Source: Candidatus Latescibacterota bacterium (GTDB lineage: Bacteria > Latescibacterota > UBA2968 > SICM01). From it: a stretch of 64,000 bases of DNA. Below the pieces are notes generated by a model. The model did no database searches. It was not told the DNA's origin and worked only from the letters and a program-made list of their open reading frames with translations. The DNA lies in contig CBDCJO010000002.1 of assembly GCA_965217865.1 (NCBI GenBank), positions 3,008,001-3,072,000 on the forward strand, given 5' to 3'. Positions 36,981 to 46,010 of this stretch are shown piece after piece. Position 1 is the stretch's first letter, and each line of letters opens with the position of its first letter. The position numbers and the translations under genes are program-made.

Positions 36981-37667
36981 ATGGGCACAATAATGGTTTT
37001 CACAAACGAAGTTTACGCCCCAAAGCTGATCTCGGATCTGACTTCCCTGGGGCATCAAGCATTCGTGGCCGATGACGGTTTCACGGAGGAGGATGTTGCC
37101 CGGAGCCCGGATCTCATCTTGGTGGACGTTCATTCTCCGGAAGCGGACCCCAGCCAGATCTGCCGCACCCTGCGGGACCGGGAGGCTACCCGGCAGGCCC
37201 CCATCCTATTGATGGTGGGAGAGGATCAAGTGAAAGGTCTGGACTTTTCATTCGGGATGGATGATTTTTTGGTAAAACCGTACGATCTCAGGGAAGTCGA
37301 AGCCAGGATTCGACTTATGCTGTGGCGAGACGACCGTGTTGATGAGACCGGAATATTGAAGGTGGGGGACATCTTGATCAATCTTACCCGATACGAGGTC
37401 CGAATTCGGGGAGCCCGTGTTGAGTTGACCCTAAAAGAATACGAATTGCTCAAGCACCTCGTCATGAACCGGAGTCGTGTGTTTACAAGGGGCGATCTTC
37501 TGAATCAGATCTGGGGATATAACTATTACGGGGGGATGCGAACGGTGGACGTACACATTCGCAGGGTCCGCTCCAAGCTGGAGGGGGCCGGGGACAGCTA
37601 TATCAAGACGATTAGAGGAGTAGGATACAAGTTCGAACTTCCATCGGGAGAGGATAACGGGGTGTGA
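36981..37667 (+). CDS. Orphan OmpR-family response regulator (GlnR-like, atypical receiver)
   Basis: LTLKEYELL, IWGY.YYGG.RTVDVHIRRVRSKL winged helix; receiver keeps D and KP but lacks the N-terminal acidic pair. Confidence 0.88.
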   Translation: MGTIMVFTNEVYAPKLISDLTSLGHQAFVADDGFTEEDVARSPDLILVDVHSPEADPSQICRTLRDREATRQAPILLMVGEDQVKGLDFSFGMDDFLVKPYDLREVEARIRLMLWRDDRVDETGILKVGDILINLTRYEVRIRGARVELTLKEYELLKHLVMNRSRVFTRGDLLNQIWGYNYYGGMRTVDVHIRRVRSKLEGAGDSYIKTIRGVGYKFELPSGEDNGV

Positions 37668-37683
37668 AAATCTCGAAGCGGCC

Positions 37684-37783
37684 TAAAATACTGAGGCCGC
37701 TTTGCCGGGCGACAAGGCGGCCACGTATGCCGCTTCAAAACGGGGATGAACACCCCGTCGAAGCAAATATATTAGTGAGGGTA
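37684..37783 (-). ncRNA. Candidate small structured RNA (~100 nt)
   Basis: Two strong hairpins followed by UAUUUU, directly downstream of a near-consensus promoter; no plausible ORF. Confidence 0.5.
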
Positions 37784-37788
37784 GGCCT

Positions 37789-37817
37789 AAGATACGACAT
37801 ATCGAATGATCTGTCAA
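37789..37817 (-). promoter_or_regulatory. Sigma70-type promoter TTGACA-N17-TATCTT
   Basis: -35 at 37817-37812, -10 at 37794-37789, 17-bp spacer. Confidence 0.65.
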
Positions 37818-37976
37818 GGGGTTTTTCCTAAAAAATCTGGGAAAAAAGAACGTGAAGCGTATCTCGTGAAACGTGAAGCGGAAGAGCAATATCATGGGGT
37901 CTTTCGAGATGCGCCCACTCCCGTGTAGACATAACGTTTGCTCTAGGTTTGAAACATCGTGGAGGTCAAGGACAGG

Positions 37977-39038
37977 ATGGGTTTGAAGACCGTTGCTTCT
38001 GAGAAAAAAAAGGGAGTCGACACGGCCACGGGGGCCACGATTTGGCAGATGACCGATCACCCTTCGGTCAATCACAATCTCTATTTCCTAAACCCGTCTT
38101 TTTCCGAGGACGGTGAATATCTGATTTTTGTCTCTAACCGCACGGGTTCGCCCCAACTTTTCGTCGCGGAAATGGAGTCGGGAGAGATCACGCAATTATC
38201 GGATATCCCGGGTCTCAACCCGTTTTCAGGCGTAGCGGTTCGAGGCAACAGAGTCGTTTTCACCGCCGGTCAAGAGGTTCGGGCAGTTGGGATCGATTCG
38301 GGAAACGTGGAGACCCTGGCCGCTTTTGAAGGTGCTTCCCTCTCCAACTGCAATCTGAGTTTTGACGGATCCATGGTCGCCACAAACGTCCGACGGAACA
38401 ATCGTAATGCGATCACGGCGGTGCAGGTGGACGGGACTGGATGGAAGACAGTCTTCGAGACGAATGGGGAGGTGGGCCATATCCAGTTTTCACCCCGGGA
38501 GGACAACACCATCCTGTATTCCGGGGATGTCCAACACCGGCTTCGTATCGTTGATTTCGACGGTTCGAACGATCGGCTGCTCTACCCACAGGCTCCCACG
38601 GAGTGGTTCACACACGAGTCGTGGTTGGGCACTGGGGACGAGGTGATGTTTGTTCACTGGCCGACCGCCCTTCGGGCGATTCGGAGAGACGGATCGGGGC
38701 TCCGAACGATCGTGGATTTCACCGCGTGGCATCCCTGCTCTCTGAGGGATGGATCCCTTATCGTCAGCGACACCCATCTTCCGGATATCGGCCTCCAGTT
38801 GATCGATCCGGAAACCGGTTCACACCGTGCGCTTTGTGAACCGAAAAGCTCGAACGCAGGGACACAGTGGGCTTTCGATATTCCGGCCGACGAGGCTCGA
38901 GGGGGGGAGTTGAATACTTACGGGCCCCAGTGGACCCATCCCCACCCCAGCTTCAGCAAGGATGGAAAATGGGTCGCTTTCACATCCGACCGGACGGGAT
39001 GGAGCCAGGTATATATGGTGGAAGTGTCTGAAAATTAA
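37977..39038 (+). CDS. Oligogalacturonate lyase / TolB-like beta-propeller protein
   Basis: D..TGA.IWQMT, HNLYF..PSFS.DG, GHIQFSP, THESW, THPHPSFSKDG..VAFTSDRTG. Confidence 0.85.
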   Translation: MGLKTVASEKKKGVDTATGATIWQMTDHPSVNHNLYFLNPSFSEDGEYLIFVSNRTGSPQLFVAEMESGEITQLSDIPGLNPFSGVAVRGNRVVFTAGQEVRAVGIDSGNVETLAAFEGASLSNCNLSFDGSMVATNVRRNNRNAITAVQVDGTGWKTVFETNGEVGHIQFSPREDNTILYSGDVQHRLRIVDFDGSNDRLLYPQAPTEWFTHESWLGTGDEVMFVHWPTALRAIRRDGSGLRTIVDFTAWHPCSLRDGSLIVSDTHLPDIGLQLIDPETGSHRALCEPKSSNAGTQWAFDIPADEARGGELNTYGPQWTHPHPSFSKDGKWVAFTSDRTGWSQVYMVEVSEN

Positions 39039-39247
39039 GGCAAATCCGTCATCCGGGGCAATTGTCCGACTGCATTTCACCGAGAAATATGACCGTCGAA
39101 CGCCCAGATTCGGCCATTCGCTACAAAGTTGTTGCTTGGCGAACCCTTCTGGACTATGCTTATCTTATTAAGTTAGAATAGTTTTGATCGAAAGGATCGG
39201 GCTTGTTGAGGCCGACCCCCCCTATACCGTTCAAGGAGGTTTTTTTC

Positions 39248-41164
39248 ATGACTTTCTCCACTGTGATGGAGGTCCTTCTCACGAAGGCAGCCGCTCTGGT
39301 TTGGCCTATTGTTCAGTTCGTCAACACCAAGCTGATAAAACCATCTGCCGCCTTTCAACCCAAATGGGCCCCGGCCCCCCTTCTGAAGAGCAAACAGCGG
39401 TCGATGCCCAAACTGGGTTGGCCTCGTGAGACCGACTCCCTTTGCCCCAAATGTGTCAAAGAGGCCCGTGAGTTGATACTCTCGGGAGAGGCCGATCTGG
39501 ATCTGCTCATTAAGGGACATCCCGGCGAGGTGAAGGCCAAGATTATCGAGCGGGACGGTGAGATCCTGATGGAGAAGACCTGTCCGAAGCACGGTAAGAC
39601 GACGGATGTTATGGCCATCGACCCGAAGTTTCTCGATCGAATCGAGAAACTCTATCCGGGACGGGACTTCAATGCCATCACCGACCTGCACAACCACGGC
39701 ACCTCTTCGATAAAATACGGCCGGGGATCGGTGCTTACCGTGGACCTGACGAACCGCTGCAATATGATGTGCGACCCCTGCTTTATGGACGCCAATCAGG
39801 TGGGGTATGTCCACGAGTTATCTTTCGAGGAGATCCAGAAGATCCTCGACGATGCCCTGACGATCAAACCCCGCAGACAGATGTCGATCCAATTCTCGGG
39901 TGGAGAGCCGACCATCTCCCCTCACTTCCTGGATGCCGTCGCTTACGCGAACAAGATCGGGTATTTCAGCGTTCAAGCGGCCACGAACGGAATCCGGTTC
40001 GCACAGGACCCGGATTTCGCCAAGCGGGCGAGAGAGGCCGGGTTCCGCATGGCCTATCTACAGTTCGACGGCGTGGGGAACGTAAATCACGCGCATCGGA
40101 AGATCAGCAACCTTTTCGACGTGAAGCTGCGGGCAATCCAGAACCTCTATGACGCGGGGATCGATGTCGTGCTTGTCGTCACGATCGTCAACACGATAAA
40201 CGACCATCAGGTCGGGCCGATCATCGACTTCGCGATCGCCAACTCGGACAAGATATCCTTCATCGCCTTCCAACCCGTGTCATTCACCGGACGGGACGAA
40301 GACATAGATGACGAAACGAGGAAAAGACAACGGTATACCCTTTCGCACCTCGCGCACGACGTGAAGAAGCAGACGGGCATCTCCGAGCCCCTGCGAGATT
40401 GGTTCCCGCTGTCGGCCGTGGGGCCGATCTCCGACCTGACGGACCATTTGAAGGGGCCGGCAGCGGAATGGGGGACGATGAAGTGCGGCTGTCACCCGAA
40501 CTGCGGTATTGGAACCGCCCTGATGGTCAACAAAAAGACCAAAAATTGGGCTCCCCTGACCCAGTTCTTGAACGCGGAGCAGATCTTCAAGGATGCACGG
40601 GTCATCGCGGACTCCGCACGCAGCCCCTTCTGGACCAAGTTCCAGGTCTCCCTGAGCGTCCTTCGGAACTATAATCCGATGGAGGTTCCGGAGGGTTTTA
40701 CACTGAAGGCGATGCTTAAAAAATTCGACAAGCAGACGGGAGGGTCACTTGGGGGGAAGATGGGGGCGCAGGACAATGCCGATCGAAAACAGGACGAATG
40801 GCTCATTCTGATCATCGCCGGGATGTGGTTCCAGGATCTTTTCAACTACGACTTCAGGCGGACAGAGATGTGCATCATCCCCTACGGGACACAATTGGGC
40901 GAGATCTCTTTCTGCGCTTACAACACGGGAATCGGCTGGCGGAACATCATCGAAAATATGTATATGAATGCCACCACATCCGAGTGGTTCAAGACGAAGG
41001 GTCGCCATCCAATCTATGCCAACAAGAAGGACGTCCCCATGCCCGAGTACTCGAAGGGGATCGACCTGAAGGTGGCCAATGACAAGGGGGTCGACCTGAA
41101 GGTGGACAGTGACGGATTGATTCAGATCCTAACCGTCGCGGAGGAAACGCAGGCAGCGGACTGA
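39248..41164 (+). CDS. Radical SAM protein, tetraether lipid synthase (Tes/GDGT-MAS)-like
   Basis: TDSLCPKC…KTCPKHG, DLTNRCNMMCDPCF, QFSGGEPT, YLQFDG, FQPVSFTGR, CGCHPNCG, C…SFCAYN; AAGGAGG RBS. Confidence 0.85.
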   Translation: MTFSTVMEVLLTKAAALVWPIVQFVNTKLIKPSAAFQPKWAPAPLLKSKQRSMPKLGWPRETDSLCPKCVKEARELILSGEADLDLLIKGHPGEVKAKIIERDGEILMEKTCPKHGKTTDVMAIDPKFLDRIEKLYPGRDFNAITDLHNHGTSSIKYGRGSVLTVDLTNRCNMMCDPCFMDANQVGYVHELSFEEIQKILDDALTIKPRRQMSIQFSGGEPTISPHFLDAVAYANKIGYFSVQAATNGIRFAQDPDFAKRAREAGFRMAYLQFDGVGNVNHAHRKISNLFDVKLRAIQNLYDAGIDVVLVVTIVNTINDHQVGPIIDFAIANSDKISFIAFQPVSFTGRDEDIDDETRKRQRYTLSHLAHDVKKQTGISEPLRDWFPLSAVGPISDLTDHLKGPAAEWGTMKCGCHPNCGIGTALMVNKKTKNWAPLTQFLNAEQIFKDARVIADSARSPFWTKFQVSLSVLRNYNPMEVPEGFTLKAMLKKFDKQTGGSLGGKMGAQDNADRKQDEWLILIIAGMWFQDLFNYDFRRTEMCIIPYGTQLGEISFCAYNTGIGWRNIIENMYMNATTSEWFKTKGRHPIYANKKDVPMPEYSKGIDLKVANDKGVDLKVDSDGLIQILTVAEETQAAD

Positions 41165-41183
41165 ACGTGGTGGTCAAACAAGA

Positions 41184-41233
41184 GGTGGCTCGTCGCCCCG
41201 GGAATTAAAAGGGCGCCGGACCACCTTTTTTTT
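41184..41233 (+). terminator. Rho-independent terminator after the Tes-like gene
   Basis: GGTGG…CCACC stem followed by a T run. Confidence 0.75.
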
Positions 41234-41434
41234 GTGAGCCGAGGGGGGCGGTCGACAAGGCCGACCGACTCACCCTCCGCCGCGGTTGGGATTCCCGGAC
41301 GCCCAGCCCTCGATAGAGGTTCCGGGCATCTTTGTTTTCGATGTGACAAAGGTATGGCCCCCCCTTTCAATTTTTATTATATTCATGGACCGTTCTCTAC
41401 GCCAATCGGAGTCCGTATTGATGGGGGAAGGATT

Positions 41435-41899
41435 ATGGACCCGGAAATTTCCGTGTTAATCGGGCTGTTTTTTCTGACGTCGATCGTTTTCTGGCGCCTT
41501 TATTCAAGGCTGAAAGGGAAAATTTCCCGTCTTGAGATGGGTTTGGACGATCTCCGTGTTTTTGTAAATATCTCCCACGAAAGATTGAAAAAGGAGATCG
41601 TGTCGAAAGTCGAGATGTCCACGGTTCGACAAATGGGGGGGAAAACCTTTCATAAAGGCCTGAGCGTGGGAGAAGTCATCGACCTCCATCCCCAAGCCTC
41701 CTCGGTGTTGGCCGAATATCACCTCAGCGATTGTTCGTCCTGCAATATCACCGACAATCATATTCTGGGCGATGCGGCGAGGGATTACGGCGTGAACATC
41801 GATCACCTGCTGGCGTCGCTGAACGGACTTTTCAGCGGGTCGACCGCACTCCAGGATTCCAAGGGGTCGCCTCCGCTCCAGATAGAACGGACCGAGTGA
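41435..41899 (+). CDS. Membrane-anchored protein with DUF1858-like (HCP-associated) domain
   Basis: N-terminal TM, coiled coil, SVGEVIDLHP…CSSC…LGDAA..YGVNIDHLL..LN. Confidence 0.72.
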   Translation: MDPEISVLIGLFFLTSIVFWRLYSRLKGKISRLEMGLDDLRVFVNISHERLKKEIVSKVEMSTVRQMGGKTFHKGLSVGEVIDLHPQASSVLAEYHLSDCSSCNITDNHILGDAARDYGVNIDHLLASLNGLFSGSTALQDSKGSPPLQIERTE

Positions 41900-42028
41900 A
41901 GGGGTCAGGTGAACGATCGGATGAATAGTCCATCGTTACCCTCTTAAGATCGGCGAAGATCGCAGGACATGCTGGTTCGATTACCGCATGTCCTGTTTCG
42001 TTGTGGGGCTGAAGGCCAAGGGGATTGG

Positions 42029-42571
42029 ATGGACAAGAATCGTTCGATCACGGCCTATTACGGGTCTATGTACGCCTTTGTCAAGACCTATAAGGGTGAG
42101 ATGGCGGCTGTTCAGGATATCGCCCCTCAACTTGAAGGTAGGGATCGGTTGCGGGAATTCGGTTGGCAGACAGTTCTTGACCGGGCCCGGGGTCGGGCTC
42201 AGCTGATCCTGGATCGGTGGTTCCGGCTGAATGAGGTTTTTGCAAGAGGATTTCGCATCGATTCTCTCGAACGTCGAATCTTCGGAAAGAACCCAATTTC
42301 CGTGAAAAAGGGGGCCGGGACCGCCCGCCAACTAAGGCGAGAGCTGCGGGGATTCAACGAATACATTGAAGGCATCAAAACCTATCGGGCCGAGGACGTT
42401 CGAAAAATTTGCTTAATAGCCCGGAAAATGGCCATCACCATCGAAGAAGAGGAAAAGGCGTCGGCCCTCGTGGCCGCTTACCTGGAACGCGAGCCATCTG
42501 TCTCCGGGTATTTCGAAATCTTTTCCCGGATGGGGGATGAGTTCAGAGCGAGACTGGAACAGGGAAAGTGA
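42029..42571 (+). CDS. Hypothetical protein
   Basis: Open frame with helical-protein composition; no motif recognised. Confidence 0.6.
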   Translation: MDKNRSITAYYGSMYAFVKTYKGEMAAVQDIAPQLEGRDRLREFGWQTVLDRARGRAQLILDRWFRLNEVFARGFRIDSLERRIFGKNPISVKKGAGTARQLRRELRGFNEYIEGIKTYRAEDVRKICLIARKMAITIEEEEKASALVAAYLEREPSVSGYFEIFSRMGDEFRARLEQGK

Positions 42572-42649
42572 AAAAATTGAAGATTGAGAATTTAAGATTT
42601 CAGATCTTCCTGGCTCTTGATGGAAAACTAGGTTTTATGAGGGGACGCA

Positions 42650-43020
42650 TCAACGGGCCGACGGCCCGATGCCTTGGCCCAGTCCAAAGGGCTGGGTTTG
42701 AATATGGACGGATCAGCGGGCTTCTGAGGTAATGCGTCTATCTGAGGATCTTTACACCCACCCCGCCCCGGCGTGAGACCCACCCCTTAATCCCCTCCAA
42801 GGAGGGGAATTTCATAATTCAAGACGTATTTCAAACAACGGTCACCAAATCCCCTCCGGGGCGGGGTGGGTCATATCCCATGCTCATCTATCCAATTCCG
42901 AATCCCATGCACCGTACCTTCGAGATTCTGGTTGACAATCTATCGTTGGCGCTGAAAGAAGACCCTGACTTTTATCTTGGCTTTTCGATTTAGCTCGAAG
43001 GCCCGGTGCCAATCGCGGAG
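42650..43020. repeat. Degenerate second copy of the 18286-18600 element, interrupted by a REP-like insert
   Basis: ccttggcccagtccaa.gggctggg and cgttggcgctgaaagaa…tagctc.aagg…caatcgcg shared. Confidence 0.8.
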
Positions 43021-43091
43021 ACAGTGTTCACTATATTCCACGGAGAGCCAGAATTTAGGATTTCAACAGGTTTTCTCTTTGGGAGGTATTT

Positions 43092-44000
43092 GTGTCTGAG
43101 TGGGCCCACCTGTTCACGGAGCAACGCAATCCGGAGTCGGAAGATATCGATGAGAGATCCACGATCGATATCCTCCGGATCATCAACGAAGAGGATCATA
43201 AAGTGGCCTCCGCGGTTGAGGCCGTTATCGAAGACGTCGCACTCGCGGTGGATCTAACCGCAGGGGCTTTCAGAAACGGGGGCAGGCTCTTCTATGTCGG
43301 GGCAGGCACCAGCGGTCGCCTCGGGGTGCTTGATGCATCGGAATGCCCTCCCACCTTCGGGGCTGACCCGGAAACGGTCCAGGGGATCATGGCCGGGGGA
43401 TATGGGGCGCTGGTCAGGTCTTTGGGTGAGGAGGAAGACTTTCCGGAACGCGGGGCCGCGGCCCTTCGCGAGCGGGGTCTCTGCAAGCGCGACGTGGTGT
43501 TGGGCATCGCTGCCAGCGGTGTAACGCCGTTTGTTCGGGGTGCGATTGTCGAGGCGCGTCGTATTGGGTCCGGGACGATCTTTTTCACGTGCAATCCCTC
43601 TTCCGCGGAGCGGATAGATGCGGATGTGAAGATCGCTCCTGTGGTCGGACCTGAAGTCATCACCGGCTCCACCCGAATGAAGGCGGGGACGGCTACAAAA
43701 CTTGTCCTCAACATGATCAGCACGGCGGCCATGATTCGGATCGGGAAGGTCTTCGGCAATCTGATGGTCGATCTGACGCCGTCCTGCCTCAAGCTGCAAG
43801 ACAGGGGGACCCGAATCCTGATGACGATCTCGGACCTGTCCGAGGAGGATGCCCGGAAAACGCTCAGGGACGCCGACTGGAACCTGAAAGCGGCGATTGT
43901 GATGTGTCGGTGTGGATTGGATCTCGAAGGGGCGGTCGAGAGGCTGAACAAGGCTGGAGGGGTGGTCAAGAGAGCGGTTTCCGGGAAGGCGAGGTCCTGA
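43092..44000 (+). CDS. murQ: N-acetylmuramic acid 6-phosphate etherase
   Basis: TEQRNP, GAGTSGRLGVLDASECPPTFG, GPEVITGSTRMKAGTATKLVLN. Confidence 0.97.
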   Translation: MSEWAHLFTEQRNPESEDIDERSTIDILRIINEEDHKVASAVEAVIEDVALAVDLTAGAFRNGGRLFYVGAGTSGRLGVLDASECPPTFGADPETVQGIMAGGYGALVRSLGEEEDFPERGAAALRERGLCKRDVVLGIAASGVTPFVRGAIVEARRIGSGTIFFTCNPSSAERIDADVKIAPVVGPEVITGSTRMKAGTATKLVLNMISTAAMIRIGKVFGNLMVDLTPSCLKLQDRGTRILMTISDLSEEDARKTLRDADWNLKAAIVMCRCGLDLEGAVERLNKAGGVVKRAVSGKARS

Positions 44001-44103
44001 TAAGTGCGGCCACCGCACCTGAGGTTGGATTCTTACGGCTTTGAGAAGAGGCGATACGAAGCGTGGTTGGGTTCGAAGTTTTACCCGCTATAGCAGCGGG
44101 ACC

Positions 44104-44427
44104 TTATTCTTTATTGACGACTCCGGTTGTTACATCGATGCCCTTTTGGCGAAGCTTCTGAAGGCTGGCCTGTTGGCATTGCAGGACGTGTTGCACGACC
44201 TCCTCCGGATCGTTCGAAAGGATGGCACGGAGATTTTCAGGCTCAAGATTCAGCAGGCAGACGGCCATCACCTCTTCGCGTTCAACGGGTGATGAACATT
44301 CTTTAATCAGATCGACCGTGGGACATCCATCCAGGAACTTTTTCCTGGCAAGAACTTCCAAATGATCTCCAGGCACCTGGCAAAAACAGCGACGTAACAT
44401 AAGATCGTCAGTAGTGGCAGGACGCAA
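44104..44427 (-). CDS. Small Cys-containing hypothetical protein
   Basis: Co-oriented immediately downstream of the ClpX-like gene. Confidence 0.55.
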   Translation of the reverse strand: MRPATTDDLMLRRCFCQVPGDHLEVLARKKFLDGCPTVDLIKECSSPVEREEVMAVCLLNLEPENLRAILSNDPEEVVQHVLQCQQASLQKLRQKGIDVTTGVVNKE

Positions 44428-44437
44428 GGCTCTGCCG

Positions 44438-45955
44438 TCACCCGTTCTCGTTGGCGTAATGAGCCTTGATCAGGTCATTCAGATAGGCCTTGGGACCCTC
44501 CAGGATCGTTGGGCGAATCGTAAAACGATCCTTTCCCAGGAGCTTCAGGCCGTGCCCATATCCTTGAAACAGGTCCTCGCAAAGCGCGTGTGGCGTCACG
44601 CCGAGGGCCTGACTTTTTTGAGCAATGACGTCCATGGCTTCGGGATCAAAATCGAGTGAGATCCGATAGCTTTTGAAAAAAGCATCCCGAAAACGGTCGA
44701 CGGCATCGGTTACCAGGAGTCTCCGGAGTTCCGAATCAGGGTTTTCGACAACGTCTTCGCTCACGACGAATCGTTTGATTTTGGTCGAAGGGAATTTTTT
44801 TTCAAATTTGAGGAGTACCTTTTCGCAAGCGCTGACCAAGCCCCGCGCCCCTGTCTTTTCGGCATAAGCAAGGCGGGCCATTTTCGTCAACGCCCGGTCC
44901 TCGAACTCTAATTCGATTCCGTAAGCCATGAAGTCCCGTATCTTGCTTATGATTTCGGATGACTTCGGATTCTTTAAAATGGCGTAAAGATCTTCCACTT
45001 CGAGGGGATTCAAGACAGTGACGATCGGAAGCCTTCCGATGAATTCCGACTCGAATCCATATTCGAGCAAGTCCTCAGTTCGCACCTGTTTAAGGATCGC
45101 CGACTCTTTGAGACGTTCCCTTCCGTCGTTTTCAGAGGCGAACCCCATCGCCCCCCGATTCAACCGGCGGCTGATGATGTTCTCCAGATCCGCGAAGGCC
45201 CCACTGACGATGAACAGGATGTTTCGGGTGTTCACCCGTTTCCGTTCTATCTTCCCGGTCTGCTGCATCTGCATCAATGATTCCATCTGAGACGCCAAGT
45301 CGTGTGGCGCCTTGAGATCGACCTCCGTCTCCTCCATCAACTTGAGAAGGTTTCGCTGGACTCCGGTGCGCGAAACGTCCGGCCCCACGATCGAGCCCGA
45401 GGCAGCGATCTTGTCGATTTCGTCGATGTAGATGATGCCATACTGCGCAAGCTGAATATCTCCTCCCGCCTCCTTGACCAGATCCCGCACAAGATCCTCG
45501 ACATCACCCCCAACGTAGCCGGTCTCGCTGAACTTTGTCGCGTCTCCTTTTACGAAAGGGACTCCGATTTTTTTTGCGATCAACTTGATCAGGTAGGTTT
45601 TTCCCACCCCTGTCGGGCCGATCAGGATGATGTTGTTCTTTATGCCGCCGACAAGCCCGGCCTCCCCGTCGGGTGTCTCCCGATCGAGCTTCATTCGATG
45701 GAAATGGGTGCAGATCTTTGTGGCCAGGACCTCTTTGGCCTCCCGCTGCTGCACGACAAATTCGTCGAGATAGGCTTCGAGTTCCTCGGGTTTCAGGTCA
45801 AAGTCGATCTTATAGGGTTTCTCCTGAGTCTGGAGGCCATCTCCTCCTCCGTCCGCCGCAGGCTGTTCTATCGTGGATGCGACCTGTACGTTTGTCCCAT
45901 ATTTTTTCTCAAGGAATTCTTTGAAATCTTTTTGGATTTCCGCAGGATTGAGCAT
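44438..45955 (-). CDS. ClpX-like AAA+ ATPase lacking the N-terminal zinc-binding domain
   Basis: GPTGVGKT, ATKFSETGYVGGDVE, IDEIDK, GVQRNLLK, MGF loop, EFIGRLP, TGARGL; C-terminal extension. Confidence 0.9.
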   Translation of the reverse strand: MLNPAEIQKDFKEFLEKKYGTNVQVASTIEQPAADGGGDGLQTQEKPYKIDFDLKPEELEAYLDEFVVQQREAKEVLATKICTHFHRMKLDRETPDGEAGLVGGIKNNIILIGPTGVGKTYLIKLIAKKIGVPFVKGDATKFSETGYVGGDVEDLVRDLVKEAGGDIQLAQYGIIYIDEIDKIAASGSIVGPDVSRTGVQRNLLKLMEETEVDLKAPHDLASQMESLMQMQQTGKIERKRVNTRNILFIVSGAFADLENIISRRLNRGAMGFASENDGRERLKESAILKQVRTEDLLEYGFESEFIGRLPIVTVLNPLEVEDLYAILKNPKSSEIISKIRDFMAYGIELEFEDRALTKMARLAYAEKTGARGLVSACEKVLLKFEKKFPSTKIKRFVVSEDVVENPDSELRRLLVTDAVDRFRDAFFKSYRISLDFDPEAMDVIAQKSQALGVTPHALCEDLFQGYGHGLKLLGKDRFTIRPTILEGPKAYLNDLIKAHYANENG

Positions 45956-46010
45956 GTGGTTCTCCGGAACGATCCCGAAGTGCCTTCATCGGGATGGTCG
46001 TGAACGCCCC

